A stretch of 63,670 bases of DNA, counting the filler, from Sphaeroforma arctica JP610 (lineage: Eukaryota), in assembly GCF_001186125.1 (NCBI RefSeq). It is 7 parts of 3 records of this genome, joined end to end, with 100 filler letters (N's around TTAATTAATTAA, not from the genome) between each part and the next. Parts side by side here need not be neighbours in the genome. Positions count along the whole stretch, not along the records: positions 28,577 to 47,077 come from NW_014040555.1; positions 47,178 to 52,831 come from NW_014040555.1; positions 52,932 to 56,617 come from NW_014040554.1; 4 more parts are not named here. One strand, given 5' to 3'. Of the stretch, positions 39,511-53,485 are shown piece after piece. A program made the translations under genes and the position numbers. Position 1 is the first letter of the stretch; every line of letters begins with the position of its first letter. The notes under the pieces were generated by a model. The model did no database searches. It was not told where the DNA came from and saw nothing but the letters and a program-made list of their open reading frames with translations.

Positions 39511-41029
39511 ATGGGGTTGACAATGACTGACTCTGCGCGTACTATGAATGGGCCGGGCCATCGGTTGCGCAAGTCTACATCACAGTCAAATGCAAGCGAT
39601 GATAGCACGTTCACTACCAGCAATGTAAGGGACAGCACGAACAATATATGGAAGCAGAGTATATCTCCTATTGCCAGGGGAACGAAACAGTTAATGAGTT
39701 TATCGCCTGAGTTAGCTAAACATATAATAGACAAAGCCAGTCCGAACATCAAAAGTGGGCGCACAAAGCACTTGAAGAAAAAACGCGCGACCTTAGAGAG
39801 TGAGCTGTGTGGTGATGGTAATGAACACGAGCACGAGGAGGTAGCAGTGAAAAGAATGGAATCGGCAGATGGGATAAAGACTAGGATAGCTGCAGACAAT
39901 AATGCACACGCTGATACTGGTTGTATCATAGCAATCACACAACGTAGTTTTACGACAGACGAAGAAGAGTCTCTCGACGCTTGCGCCTCTCCCGGTTCAC
40001 CTCGTCTTCCCACGGCTTCTAGACGACCACGGACTTCAAGCATGCAAACTAAGCACTACCAGTATAAGAACACTCTCACGAACATACTTGCAGAGAAGAA
40101 GGCCAGTCACATTACTATTAACAGTGAATCCACCACACAAACACAAACACAAATACAAACGTTCCACCAGCCCTTAGAATTGTTCGAAGATACTAAGACT
40201 CTGAGTTTATCTCAATCATTAAACGATGTAGCCCCCATTTCGTTCAGCGAAACATCGGAAATGAATAAGTTTGAAGGTGGCGTATCTGATACCTTCTCGA
40301 CACATAGTCACATGCGATTACATGCACAACAACAAAAAGCATCTGATATTGGTATGGATCAAGGAGGTGGTCGGCCGTTTGTCACGGAGAGTGTCGACAG
40401 TAGTGAGCTCTCAACCTTGTCTCTAGACAGTTTGAACCAGCCCAGAAGGAAGCGCAGTATAAAAACTCAGGACAATACGGAGGCATTGATATATGAGTGC
40501 AGCGACGACGAGGATGATAGAAACATGCGTGAGTTAATCAAGAATCACATGGCGGCTAATGGATACTCTACTGAGTGCTTGGGTAATAACTGGGGCAGCG
40601 GACAGAGTTCACAGGCTGGGTCCCGGGAGATGTCACGCACGCCCTCTTTGAAAGTGACGGACGTGGATGCGGAAAACGTCATGAAGGCTACCAACCAGCC
40701 CGAGCATAGGAACGAGTCATTACATAAGCGTGTCCTTAACAAGCACATAGAGGATTTGCAAGTGCACGCAGACGTATGTGGTATTGCAGTGTTAGGTATA
40801 GATACTCGAGGAAGATCGAACTCAGCGGTCTTCATAGCCGGCGGTAAGGATATGTCCTCCATGCCTACGAGAAGGAGAGCTGATTCAGTGGGAGTAAAAC
40901 GAAGGAATGCCAGTCACGCCGTAAGTTATAGTTTTGTTGTGAATAACGGTTAGATTATCCAACGCATAGACACATCTACACACATACACACACATAATCG
41001 TCTACATAGGCACACACACGCAAATGAAT

Positions 41030-41085
<56 letters not shown>

Positions 41086-42684
41086 NNNNNNNNNNNNNNN
41101 NNNNNNNNNNNNNNNNNNNNNNNNNNNNNNNNNNNNNNNNNNNNNNNNNNNNNNNNNNNNNNNNNNNNNNNNNNNNNNNNNNNNNNNNNNNNNNNNNNNN
41201 NNNNNNNNNNNNNNNNNNNNNNNNNNNNNNNNNNNNNNNNNNNNNNNNNNNNNNNNNNNNNNNNNNNNNNNNNNNNNNNNNNNNNNNNNNNNNNNNNNNN
41301 NNNNNNNNNNNNNNNNNNNNNNNNNNNNNNNNNNNNNNNNNNNNNNNNNNNNNNNNNNNNNNNNNNNNNNNNNNNNNNNNNNNNNNNNNNNNNNNNNNNN
41401 NNNNNNNNNNNNNNNNNNNNNNNNNNNNNNNNNNNNNNNNNNNNNNNNNNNNNNNNNNNNNNNNNNNNNNNNNNNNNNNNNNNNNNNNNNNNNNNNNNNN
41501 NNNNNNNNNNNNNNNNNNNNNNNNNNNNNNNNNNNNNNNNNNNNNNNNNNNNNNNNNNNNNNNNNNNNNNNNNNNNNNNNNNNNNNNNNNNNNNNNNNNN
41601 NNNNNNNNNNNNNNNNNNNNNNNNNNNNNNNNNNNNNNNNNNNNNNNNNNNNNNNNNNNNNNNNNNNNNNNNNNNNNNNNNNNNNNNNNNNNNNNNNNNN
41701 NNNNNNNNNNNNNNNNNNTCATATTGCAGCAGCACAGATCAAAGCAGCACTTCACTTTGTAAAAAATTCGCTATGTAAACGAGGCATTAAGGTATATTGC
41801 TAAACTATTTACCTCCTATATTCCATGATAAACAGGCGGTCTCTGGCTTCACAAAAAATATCATAGGTGGTCTAACTAGTTCGAATTTCTGTTTGAACGA
41901 GAATGTGGAACAAGGTGATGAGAGAAGTGGATTGTGCGATAAGGAAGCTGCTTTTATTTCTGAGATCATGGCACAGAAAGGTATTTATTAACAGACAACA
42001 ATAGTTTGCACGACTGAATGTTATCAACTGCTTTAGTTGTATTGCTTTTCATCACTAGTGGTCAAGTACTTGGCTGCGTTCGTATGATAGCATATATACA
42101 GTGGCGAAGTTGGAACTTCCAACTTTTACGTGTACGTTCTGCTGCGCGTGCTCTAGCACCCTGTAATGGTGGTTTATACGGTCGAAATACCACAACCACA
42201 TATATACAAATATATTCAATTAGAATCGTTCAACTGGAAACTTTACCTTAATCAATTTGTACTTTCACATATAGATTTTAAATTGTTTTTGAATGTGCCA
42301 AGTTATACCCTAGTGCCGTTGATTTCATTACTGGAAGTACCTAATCTGATCTCTTTCCCCGATCACAACCTATTCCGATATTCAGGCATTAGTTTTGACG
42401 AAGCTCGCTTCGAATTGACAAAGCGACGGATGAGAGAAAATGGTATCGACCCTGAAACGGGACTACCGCTGGACGAACGTGCTGTACACAGCTTGAGCGA
42501 CCATTCGTTCGATAATCTTCACAAACACACAATAAGTTCCAATACTGTTGACAAATCCGAAGACGAGGTTTCGATAAAAACGAATAGGCGAGGAAGCAAT
42601 ACCGGCTCGATGTACAGAAAAGCTACCAAAAATTGGACTTCCTGGTGGTCTGCCACTCCGGTTTCTCACGATGGCCTGGCCTAG
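39511..42684 (+). CDS. Protein with a long Ser/acidic low-complexity N-terminus and a C-terminal DUF2015 (UPF0357/YCL012C-like) domain
   Basis: Exons 39511-40920, 41836-41980 and 42386-42684 are phase-consistent; an extra exon could hide in the N gap. GLTSSNFCLNEN...DERSGL...ISEIM..KGISFDEARF...RENGIDPETGLPLD resembles the DUF2015 consensus, recognised by eye. Confidence 0.8.
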
Positions 42685-43561
42685 ATCTTAATGGCAGGAA
42701 GTGAAGAAAAAGCAGGAAATAGAAAGTTTAAAAACAAACCGACGATCGAAATGAACGAAACCGACGATCGAAATGAACAAAAAAGATATAGTGAAACCCC
42801 TCGAACGATGCGAACAACGGCTGAGTAATTTACCAGGAAAATTTGACGTGGTATGAGTGCTCATCACGTTGGTATGTAGCACAAAATAAGTCAGCTCCTT
42901 ACAAGCAAAATATTAAGGGCTGCTACTTCCCACAGTCTTGAGGGTAAAATATTTTTTACTTATAACCGGACGCTTTCCACTTTTAAGCAACCCGGTTTAG
43001 GCCATTTGCGCCCATAATATATGCAGGGAACAAGCAAAGACTTCCACACCCTCTAGCACCTATTACCTTTCGGCTACACCGCCCCAACTGCTGTGCGATG
43101 GTGCGGCAGTAGATTTGCAAAGCAAGGTACACAAGATAAAAGCAATACAGGCCGGCTTGATTGTTTCGTTCGTACTATTTATTTCGTTTTTTATATCATA
43201 AATATCACCTTTTTCCCTTCTACATCTTTGTAGCTGATCTTTTACAGTCGACTACGTTTGTGCCAGTTCTAGCATCGCCGAAAATGCAGCTCAGCTTACT
43301 AGCACAGCTAGGATAAGTGTAGCCTCAGACACTAGTGTGAGTTGCACTGCATAAGAACATCATCAGAGTGCAGCAACCAATGTCTTGATGTGTGACAGCA
43401 ATATCGCCTTGGCTAGATATAGATATATTGGGGGCTTTCTGAGCGGCGAAGTACGATTCAACCGCGACTTCAGCCTGTACATGCACTGCGTGACTACATT
43501 TTGGACAAATCATGCGCGACTTCATTCCACTCCCATTGTATACTCTATCTCACTTTGCTTT

Positions 43562-44158
43562 TCACTCGCCTCCTGGGGGAACCTCATCATTGTCGAAGTC
43601 CAATCGTTCGCTCAACTCTGATCGAAATCGTGTTCGGCATATCTGCCCGTTTTCAATGAATTTGCAGTAAGGCACATTCCGGCACATGGATCGGAATGGA
43701 TATGTATCACACAACTCATTCACCTCCTCGTTAAGAACGTCAGGCTGACATCCTTGCAAGTTACCATCGGAACCAAACCACTTACAGTAGTAAGTGCCCC
43801 CGAAGGACTCTCCGTACATTTCCGGTGTCTCGCATAATTCCTGGTCGTCGTACTGTTGACAAATACGCTCCCACTGATCCGCGGCTAAAGCTACAGCGGC
43901 GTCGGGAATACAACTGTACCCTGTCCATGAACACTGTATATCATCGTCGCACCACTGCCTAGAACCGTAATCCTTGCATCCGGACTGTTGGATAACATCC
44001 AAGACGCTGGGACTCAGTTCCGTCAATGGGCCCACACTTTGTCGGCGTTCTCGGATTCTTAACATCACCTCTTCTTTAGTATGGGTAGAGATACCATTCA
44101 CAGCTGTGAATAGCATAACAGTCATTGTAAGAGCCGAGGCTAATTTTGAAACACTCAT
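43562..44158 (-). CDS. Intronless secreted cysteine-repeat protein (198 aa), function unknown
   Basis: ATG at 44158; signal peptide MSVSKLASALTMTVMLFTAVNG; basic RERR site; three four-Cys modules. Confidence 0.8.
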   Translation of the reverse strand: MSVSKLASALTMTVMLFTAVNGISTHTKEEVMLRIRERRQSVGPLTELSPSVLDVIQQSGCKDYGSRQWCDDDIQCSWTGYSCIPDAAVALAADQWERICQQYDDQELCETPEMYGESFGGTYYCKWFGSDGNLQGCQPDVLNEEVNELCDTYPFRSMCRNVPYCKFIENGQICRTRFRSELSERLDFDNDEVPPGGE

Positions 44159-45857
44159 ATTTCTAACTTCTATTTTTCCAATTTGTACGTCGATGATAAA
44201 GCTATGAATGTGATTGTAACTTTTATACAAACTTTTCTGCTATTTTTTTGTGCTTCGTATTTAAAGGTAGCGTATGATCTGTAGTCTGTACCCAATGTAT
44301 GTATTGTGTGATCTGAACGAATTTGTTATGAGAAAGCAACTATATACTCGAAACAAAATCACAAATTTTGATGACCATAAATTCACCGTACAGAATGGGA
44401 AGGTTGCTTTGCTTCAACTTGATACAACCGCTTATCAGTCATCTGTGATCTGGCATATCACATTTGACGGTTGGTCAACCAAGGATGTTCAAGTAAAAAG
44501 AAAAAGGCATTTTAGAATAGTAAAGCAACACGATTGAATAAAATTTTAGATGTAAATATTTACACTTCATGTGTTTATAGCGTATTTACATTTTACACCT
44601 GTAGTCATTTTACACGCGCAAATACTCGATATTTTACTTTACATTTTATTTATCTCATTTTTACTCAATAGAATTGACCCAGATCCCCCAGTCGGCTGTC
44701 TGGCAGTCAGACGGCCCACTGGCCCAGAGACTCTCTCTAAAGTAGAGAGAGAGACTGAGAGTGGCAGACACGGGCGACGGGCCCAGATTTATTTAATTAA
44801 ATATCAGCCTTCTGAATTAAAACAAAAACAAAAACGGCGATCTGTAAAAAAAATAGCCTTCTTCTGAAAAAAAACAACTATTTATTCTCACGACAGAAGC
44901 TCAGGCCGACAGAAGCTCAGGCCGACAGCCGCTCAGGCCTCAGGTCCAGGAGGCACCGACCCACAGACCACAGTCACCGTGCAGCGAGCGCAAGGCTCAG
45001 ACCTGTCACCTGAGCCCTGAGCCCTCAGGCCTCAGCTGGGTTGGTAAACGACGCCGACATTTGTGCAAACGACATGTCATAAATGTCGCGGCGACATTCT
45101 TTCAGGGGTGTCTGTGTCGCTGTCGTATCAACCCAGGGCCTCAGGTCTCCGGCTGAGTGGCTGAGTGGCTGAGGAGTGAGGACTCTCAGCCAGCAAGGTA
45201 TGTAGTGAGGGCAGAGTGCCAGAGCCTCAGGGACAGCCTGTGACTCACTCGCTGTGACAGGGCTCAGACGTCAGAGCTCTCATATATATTAAAAAAAACA
45301 TACGTCTCATAATACACATATAAGTAAAAAAAAGGCTATGCACATTCAGTTTATTGGTGATAAAAATATAAAAAACGATAGCACAAGTCATAGCCCTCTA
45401 AATTGAACAAACAAGTACCTATTTTAGTGTTTCTAGAATAGTCAGAGGTTTAAAAAGCAAACACACACAGCTACTTATTCCCCTTCAAAAAAACAAGGTT
45501 CTGTACGTGTACACACATACACACTCATACATTCATATACACACACAAACACACAGGAAAAGACATACACACACATACACANNNNNNNNNNNNNNNNNNN
45601 NNNNNNNNNNNNNNNNNNNNNNNNNNNNNNNNNNNNNNNNNNNNNNNNNNNNNNNNNNNNNNNNNNNNNNNNNNNNNNNNNNNNNNNNNNNNNNNNNNNN
45701 NNNNNNNNNNNNNNNNNNNNNNNNNNNNNNNNNNNNNNNNNNNNNNNNNNNNNNNNNNNNNNNNNNNNNNNNNNNNNNNNNNNNNNNACACACACACACA
45801 CACACACACACAACAACGCACACACAACACACACATTACACACACACAACAACACAC

Positions 45858-45913
<56 letters not shown>

Positions 45914-46036
45914 AAATATATTATACACATACGCATACGCATACGTACACTCGTACACATGCACATAAGACATATATATATATAGATATAGAGGTAGACA
46001 TAGACATAGACATACACACAAACACACATATATAAG

Positions 46037-46068
<32 letters not shown>

Positions 46069-48094
46069 CAGATATAAAACATACCAACATATCCACACAC
46101 ATCAACATACACATACGGAAACACATACTTCTACACATACACATACACATACATATATACAGAGGCTCCAAATAGTGATACTGACATTGAAAAAAAAAGA
46201 ATTATTCATAGATTAAACAATTTTGGTTGAACAGTTTTGTCGATGTCGTTTTGTACTCCAGTCATTACACATCCTTAAGCTCTGGCAATAGGCCCATCAG
46301 TTGTATTTAGGATACTGAAACATTTGTATGTGTTTATACCGTGCTTGTGAGTGCAAGAATATATTAACTGTGACTCAGTTGGGTTCTCAGTTACGTACCC
46401 ATATAAATCCAGTCCCCAGTCCCCAGACTAAGTCGCTGTTTTTTTAATAATAATAATAAAAGTGAACCTGCGAGATTCTGCGACAGTAGTCAGTACACCC
46501 AGAATAATTTATTATGATTGGTGGTCAGAGTAGCGACAATCTTGTGAGTAATCATTTTATCAAAATAAAAAATTCTCTCAGTTTTTATAGTGCATTTCAT
46601 ATGTACCTAAAACGAATTCAGTAATCAGTATGTAGGAAATGAGAAGTAGATTTGTCAATACTGGCCTACTGGTTATCTTACTACTAGTAGTAGAGACTTT
46701 TGTTTTTGTTGTTGCATAGAGTACGCACATCGTGCTGCATTGCTGAGTGCTTACCACACAAATTTATCCGAATATATATCGCATTCTAGCTAATATATAC
46801 GGCATACGCTTCATTTGCACTTAGATCTGTATCTAGCTACGCATTTTGTTAGACCAATCGTTTTGAAATAGTAATTTTCTACCTGGAACGAGTAAGTACT
46901 CACAACATGGTTTGCGCAAAAGCAAACATCGCGATCTTATCAATGGTTGGATGTGCACTTGCCAGACGAGATGATGATCCGTCGCGACTAACTAAAGACG
47001 AACAAGAAGGGACTAAAGAAATGTTAGGCATAATGATAGGTATGAGTTGACAATAAGAAGTGGAAAGATAATATGACNNNNNNNNNNNNNNNNNNNNNNN
47101 NNNNNNNNNNNNNNNNNNNNNTTAATTAATTAANNNNNNNNNNNNNNNNNNNNNNNNNNNNNNNNNNNNNNNNNNNNTATATACACACACACGTATGATT
47201 ATAAATATGTATTTCTGGGCTAGAGTACACCAGACGACCCAGACTCCAGACTCCAGACTCCAGACTGCCATAGAACTTGAACTTTTGAAGGCAGGGAAAA
47301 AAAGTGATAAAAATTGTAGAGAAAAAAACATCTTGCAGTACACTGAGTTCAGATTTTTCATTTCAGGGCTCCTGGTTCTTTTGTTGTCCCATGTCTGATG
47401 TCGGGCTTGTCGGCCGTCGGGCATGTCCCAACAACTGAAAGTTTTGTCTAAAAAGAACACCAGGCCTGTGGCCTCAATATTTATACGTTAGGGCTTTACA
47501 GAATAAACGACATTCCGTTAAACGCTACACGTCGTCTTCTATACATGTTCCTGGCTGAAAATCGAACTCGATATAGGCTGGTGCCTGGAGAACTCATACA
47601 TGTCTCTACCAACCGGCGAAAGCGTTAAAAGTTATTTGAATGTGGTAACGCTGAAGATTTGAAAAGACGAGATACGTCATTCGTCGTGGCATAAAATGTC
47701 TCACTTCGCAAGTTCACAACTTCACATGGCCTGTTGGTATTAGTTGTTACCTCTGCTTCGGAGGCGAACTGAGTCAGCCGGATTAACTTGAACTACAACT
47801 TTCAAAAATGCGACATCTTTTATATTTAATATAGCGGTATGTGTGGGGTTGCTTTCCCCTAGAACCACATCAGCAAAAACCAATTGTACATATGAGGGAT
47901 TCAAATTTTTTATTATCGGTGCTGTGGAAGTTCAGGAAGGGAAACGACTTACTTTTTACGTATATATGACAATACAGAACGATGGTAAGTTCGGTAGTAA
48001 CTCAGTTACAACTACAGTTGACAACACGGAAATCACAGTGGTTTCCCGATACTCACGATGAACCATAGAATGACTGTTTTACTATCATTTGTTC

Positions 48095-48580
48095 GCCTGA
48101 CCTTCATACCGTTGACATCTTTTCGAGCAACAAATCGGCGTATGTAGTTAAAAATCATGGTCCTTAAGTAGCCAGAACTGCGCTATAAATATGTTATAAA
48201 CTGCAAGTCAACCACAAAAGTTTAAGAAATTCATACAGCCAAGAAAGCAATACAATTTCACTAAATTGTACGCTTGACCTTCCTACCGTTGTCGTCTTTT
48301 CGGGCAACAAATTGGCGTAGTGGGTTAAAAATCATGGTTCTAAAGTAGCAATGACTGCGCTATAAGTATCTTATATACTGCAAGTCAACCACATAAGTTT
48401 TAGAAATTCATGCAGTCAAGAAAGCAATACAGTTTTACTAATTCGTAAGCCTGACCTTCCTACCGTTGTCGTCTTTTCGAGCAACAAATCATGATTCTTA
48501 AGTAGCAATGGCTTCGCAATAAATATCATATACTGCAAGCCAACTGCAAAAGTTTAAGAAATACATGCAGTCAAGAAAGT
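48095..48580. repeat. ~175-bp degenerate tandem repeat (3 copies)
   Basis: TGACCTTC(A/C)TACCGTTG...AACAAAT...ACTGCAAGTCAAC...CAAGAAAG recurs near 48098, 48275 and 48452. Confidence 0.85.
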
Positions 48581-50229
48581 TATGTAGTGAATTCCGAAAG
48601 TACAGGTTGTAAGACGGAGATGGTACGTAAATTATAAGAGCACATCCACACGAGGTGTCGGGGTGATGTGTTATGTAGCAACTAGCAACTACCCAGCTGT
48701 TGCCTGTAAAAGAACTCGTGCAACAAACTGAATGGGGCTTGGACTCTGGTGGGGAGTACTGGAGTCTAGAGAGTAAATAGAGGGTCCTGCCATTCTGGGG
48801 TCTGGGGACTGGTGAAACCGTGAAAGGGGTCTGGGAGTGGTGGGTGATAGTTTTTAAAACTTTTGGCGGTCAGGATCGTATGTTCTCATTGGTGCGATGG
48901 GAACGATAAACTAAAAACTAAAAATCGTATAAAAAAGTTTGGGGATTTTATTCATTTTTTTAGTTGACAGTAAAAAACTAAAAAGCCAAACGGAATGATT
49001 GACTTACAACCATCAAACCAGAGCCAATACAAAGCAAGCAGTAGTTTTTAACCCAATCAATCCAACAGGCCATAAACAAGCATGTATCCAATTCAAAATC
49101 TATGAAGATTAACGAAACAAAACATAATGCTACTGAAATGTAATGGCAGGCACAGGCGCACAGCCTTCACGCGTCTGCGCTTTTTTTATTAGTGTAATGT
49201 GGGACTCAAGCAGGACTGGCCATGCAACATGTACATCAACACCTCCGGGTGTAGAGTGCATTTTAATCGAAATGTACTGGCGCGCTCGATTCGGTGAGAC
49301 TAATATATAGTTATTGCACAAAGAGTGCAGCGTTATTCTTGTCCACTTCGGCCTTAGACGCTTGTCACCCACCATACCTGTGCTGTTGCGGAGTATCTAT
49401 GTTATTTATCTACAATACACGAATAGAGATAGACCAGAACTACGAAAGAACATCAGAAGTTATAACTTTTTGAATTGTTTATTTTCAGTTTAGTGAGCTC
49501 ACTACAGTCATCGTAAGTCAAACTCTTTTCTGCCACTTAAGGGGAAATATACATAAACGTCATCATGGTTCAATCGTATGGACCAGTCGGTGCAATCGCC
49601 ATGCAGCACACAAGGTATTGGTTGAAACTAGTCTACATGAGCAGATTTCAATTTGGCGCAACACGCAGTTATACTGCTAGTGAGAGATGTCTAAACATAC
49701 AACACATAGCTTCAAAATAGTCAATTAGACGTGTGATCGGTGCACAATTGTAGTGTATGTGTCGTATGTTGGACTGTTGAAGCCGCCGATTTGCAGTTGG
49801 TAATAGATGAAAAGGCAACTGTGTCTTATTACTGAGGTGTATGTATGTCGTGTTCTGCATATATCGATTAGTGGAAATACTTATGCAGTACTTTATGTGA
49901 ATTACACATTCAACTATAAGTAGTTGTTGCCCGTTACTTCTATAGTGGTTGCAAGTCAGGCTGAGCTATTAACAACTTGTATCAGAACAAGCATTTCACC
50001 AAAAAAATCTGCGCACTCAACATAAGTTGCAATACACGGACTACGCGCGCAATATATGGATGTAGCGTGTACAACACACAGCAACAATAGTGAGCACGTA
50101 CTGGCACCTTTCAATTGGTATTCGTAATGCACCAATGCTAGCCATTAGTACACATCTACCCACAAATATATAGAAATTCAATGCTAACAATTATTATACA
50201 TTTGCCCTCAAATATATAGAAATTTTCAG

Positions 50230-52549
50230 AAAGCTGTTCCCCTGCCGCCTGTATCGCCTCCGGGTTTGCAATCTGGCAGCGACGATTTTATTTCTCCCAA
50301 GGGTATGTACAATCGGATTAGTTGTGCTCTATTGTTTAGTTTCTAGGTTCGTGATTTGATGAATTCATGTAGTAGACGCTATCAACTATGCAAAAGGCTA
50401 CCTATAAAGGACGCACTGCGCATGTCTAGCATTCTCAATGTAAGTGTCTAGCAACTTGCTAGCTGACAGTTTGTATCAGTTTAAATTTTACTGACGTATA
50501 TGGTTTTAGCGGCGGGTAGTACATGCAAGCCTAAACAAGTAGCATGTGTACCAGCGTAGAATAAACTTGATTAATTTGATTCTCTATCCGTCGACAGTCA
50601 GTTCATATTATCTCGTTTATTTTTCTTTGTAGCCCTGCTGGAAAGTGAGGGGGAATTCATGGCCCCGGAAGAACTGGCTGAGCTCGAGAAATGTCACAAG
50701 GTATGTGTGGACAACGTAAAATGACATGTACTTCTCGCCTGTGTGTGTTGCGCAGCGCCGCCACGAGGAGGTATATAGATGATAGTAAAACTAAGTATGC
50801 TTAAAAGCATCAGGATCCGAGCAAGGATACGGCGTTATAGCGCTGTCAAGCAGATACACTATCCTGTGACCTTTTCGCTCGAGTAAGAATCAGCCTTTGC
50901 ATTGGCTACACTTTATATGAATATAACATAAACTGACATATTCGATCATTCACAAATGTACATGATTTGCGCATGCTAATATGAATGCGAAACATGCTAT
51001 TCTGATCCAGGTGTACTACTATGGCCAATTTGCGCGGTGTGGTTCCAAAATATTCGATCCACCGCTGTTCCCAAATTCAAGAACGGGTATATTTCCGTTT
51101 CGAATGTTTGCGCATATGAACTTCCGATATGAGATCATCTCAGGCCTGGGCGAGGGATCGTTTGGCCATGTAAGTGAAACATGTACTACCTCGTTAAGAC
51201 ACCTCTGTGTATTTACGCACACAAAAGCACGCGGCGTTTGCTTTACCATGGTGCAATAAAGGATACTACTTCGAACATGCATCTATACCGCTGCACCACT
51301 TTCAAAAACGTCGGGAAAATGGTTCTAGTCATCACCGTGTGCACACATTAGAAATACGAGGCGAATTTGCCGGTAGAGGAGCACACCGCACATGCGCACC
51401 ATCTCTTGATTCTGACGCGTACAATCATACTCATACACTTCACAACATCCAGGTGGTCAAGGCATACGATCACAAGACCAAGACCTTTTGTGCGGTCAAA
51501 ATAGTACGGAGTGATCCCACCATCCTCGCACAAGCCGAGGAAGAGCGGAAGATTCTCCGACACCTCAACAAAGTGTCGCAGAAGCACCACAATGTGGTGC
51601 AGTTGCTGGACTCGTTCCAGTTCTACGGTCACCTGTGCTTTGTCTTTGAGCTGCAGGGCGATAGTCTTTACGATGTGCTTAAGAAACGGAACTTCAAAGG
51701 CCTTAGTCTGACGGCTGTGCGTCGGTAAGTGTGGTAGTATTGATGTGTACACAAATTAGTAACAGGTACTGGATATGGTAGAGAGTCTGGATGCTTGTGT
51801 GGAATTGGTGCATATTTCGTTTTCTAGTTGTCTTAGAAAATAGTGATGTGAAACAGGGCCTTATCCCAGCTCTACTCTACGGCGATAGTCTGTACGATTT
51901 GTTAGAGAAACGCCACTTCAGTCGGACAGTAGTTGTACCGTAAATGTGGTGGTGTATTTGTGTGGTTGTGAACGTTTTGAAAGCTATCTTTTTTTGCAGT
52001 CTCCGGCGAAGTAAAGTCATTAACACGTTATAAGTAAGGTGCTAACACGTTATCGATAACACAATAGAAGTAAGATGCTAGCACGTAATCGATGATGCAT
52101 GCTCTGTTGAGTGAGTGTCGAGTCACACAAAGCAGATATTTGCAGTGTCTCGCCCATTTTCTTTCTTATATGCGATATGGGCGATAGCGCTGTTGGCATT
52201 TATGCGGAGCCGTTTAGACTCGCTATAAAGCATCACCCATCTTTGCTGACATACTACACCCGTGTCACACGCCCCCCGTCTCCATCTACCTACAGCATCG
52301 CGCACGATGTGCTCAAGTGTCTGCTGCTACTGTCCCAAGAAAATATAGTACACACTGACCTCAAGCCAGAGAACATTCTGATCAACAACCACACACGGAA
52401 TAAGAACCAGCTATTGGATTGTTCGCTGGCTACGCTGCGCACAATGACGCGCTTTGATGTGGCGTCTCCCCTGCCAGCGATCACGTCGCAGGAAGTGTAC
52501 AATGCTACGGTGATTGATTTCGGCTGTAGTGACTTTGTGGGCAAGACAG
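50230..52549 (+). CDS. CMGC protein kinase, class II DYRK-like; partial (subdomains I-VII)
   Basis: Phase-consistent exons 50230-50302, 50633-50700, 51011-51169, 51453-51724 and 52296-52549. They encode VYYYG, RYEIISGLGEGSFGHVVKAYDHK, AVKIV, HLCFVFEL, FKGLSL..VRR, HTDLKPENIL and IDFGCS. The start and C-terminal exons were not found. Confidence 0.9.
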
Positions 52550-52931
52550 GTATGTATTCGAGTATGTAGAAAACGCATGCCTGTGTATGTGCGTGTGTGT
52601 GCACTGTCGGGGACCAGCGCATGTGTGTGCAGGACGAGAACTTGCGAGTATATGGTGATGGTGAATAAACAAGATAGCGTTGTTGGGTAGTCTAAGATAG
52701 TGAGTGTAATTTGTTATGCGGCTATCAAAGCCAGCTCGTCCCTTGACACTCTTGTTCAAATAATGAAAACAATAATAATGATAATGATAGTAATGATAGT
52801 AATTATAGTAATAATAACAATAGTATATCATNNNNNNNNNNNNNNNNNNNNNNNNNNNNNNNNNNNNNNNNNNNNTTAATTAATTAANNNNNNNNNNNNN
52901 NNNNNNNNNNNNNNNNNNNNNNNNNNNNNNN

Positions 52932-53485
52932 TTTGTGGGTAGCTCATACGAATTTGTAGTAGGGATATAGGACAAAAGTCGGATTTGTGGGTAGCCTCAT
53001 ACGAGTATGTAATAGGGATATAGGACAAAAGTCGTAGTTGTGGGTAGCCCATACGAGTATGTAGTAGTGATATAGGATAAAAGTCGTAGTTGTGGGTAGC
53101 CCATACGAGTATGTAGAAGGGATATAGGACAAAGGTCGTATTTGTGGGTAGCCCATTCGAGTAAGTAATAGGGATATAGTACAAAAGTCGTATTCATGGG
53201 TAGCCCATAAAAGTATGTAGTAGGGATATAGGACAAAAGTCATATTTGTGGGTAGCGCATACGAGTATGTAGTATAGATATAGGACAAAAGTCGTATTCG
53301 AGGGTAGCTCATACGAGTATGTAGTAGGGATATAGGACAAAGGTCGTATTTGTGGGTAGCCCATTCGAGTAAGTAATAGGGATATAGGGCAAAAGTCGTA
53401 TTCGTGAGTAGCTCATACGAGTATGTAGTATGAATATAGGACAAAAGTCGTATTTGTGGGTAGCTCATACAGGTATGTAGTAGGG
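52932..53485. repeat. 52-bp minisatellite
   Basis: Unit TTGTGGGTAGC(C/T)CATACGAGTATGTAGTAGGGATATAGGACAAAAGTCGTA(G/T), about 10 copies. Confidence 0.95.
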
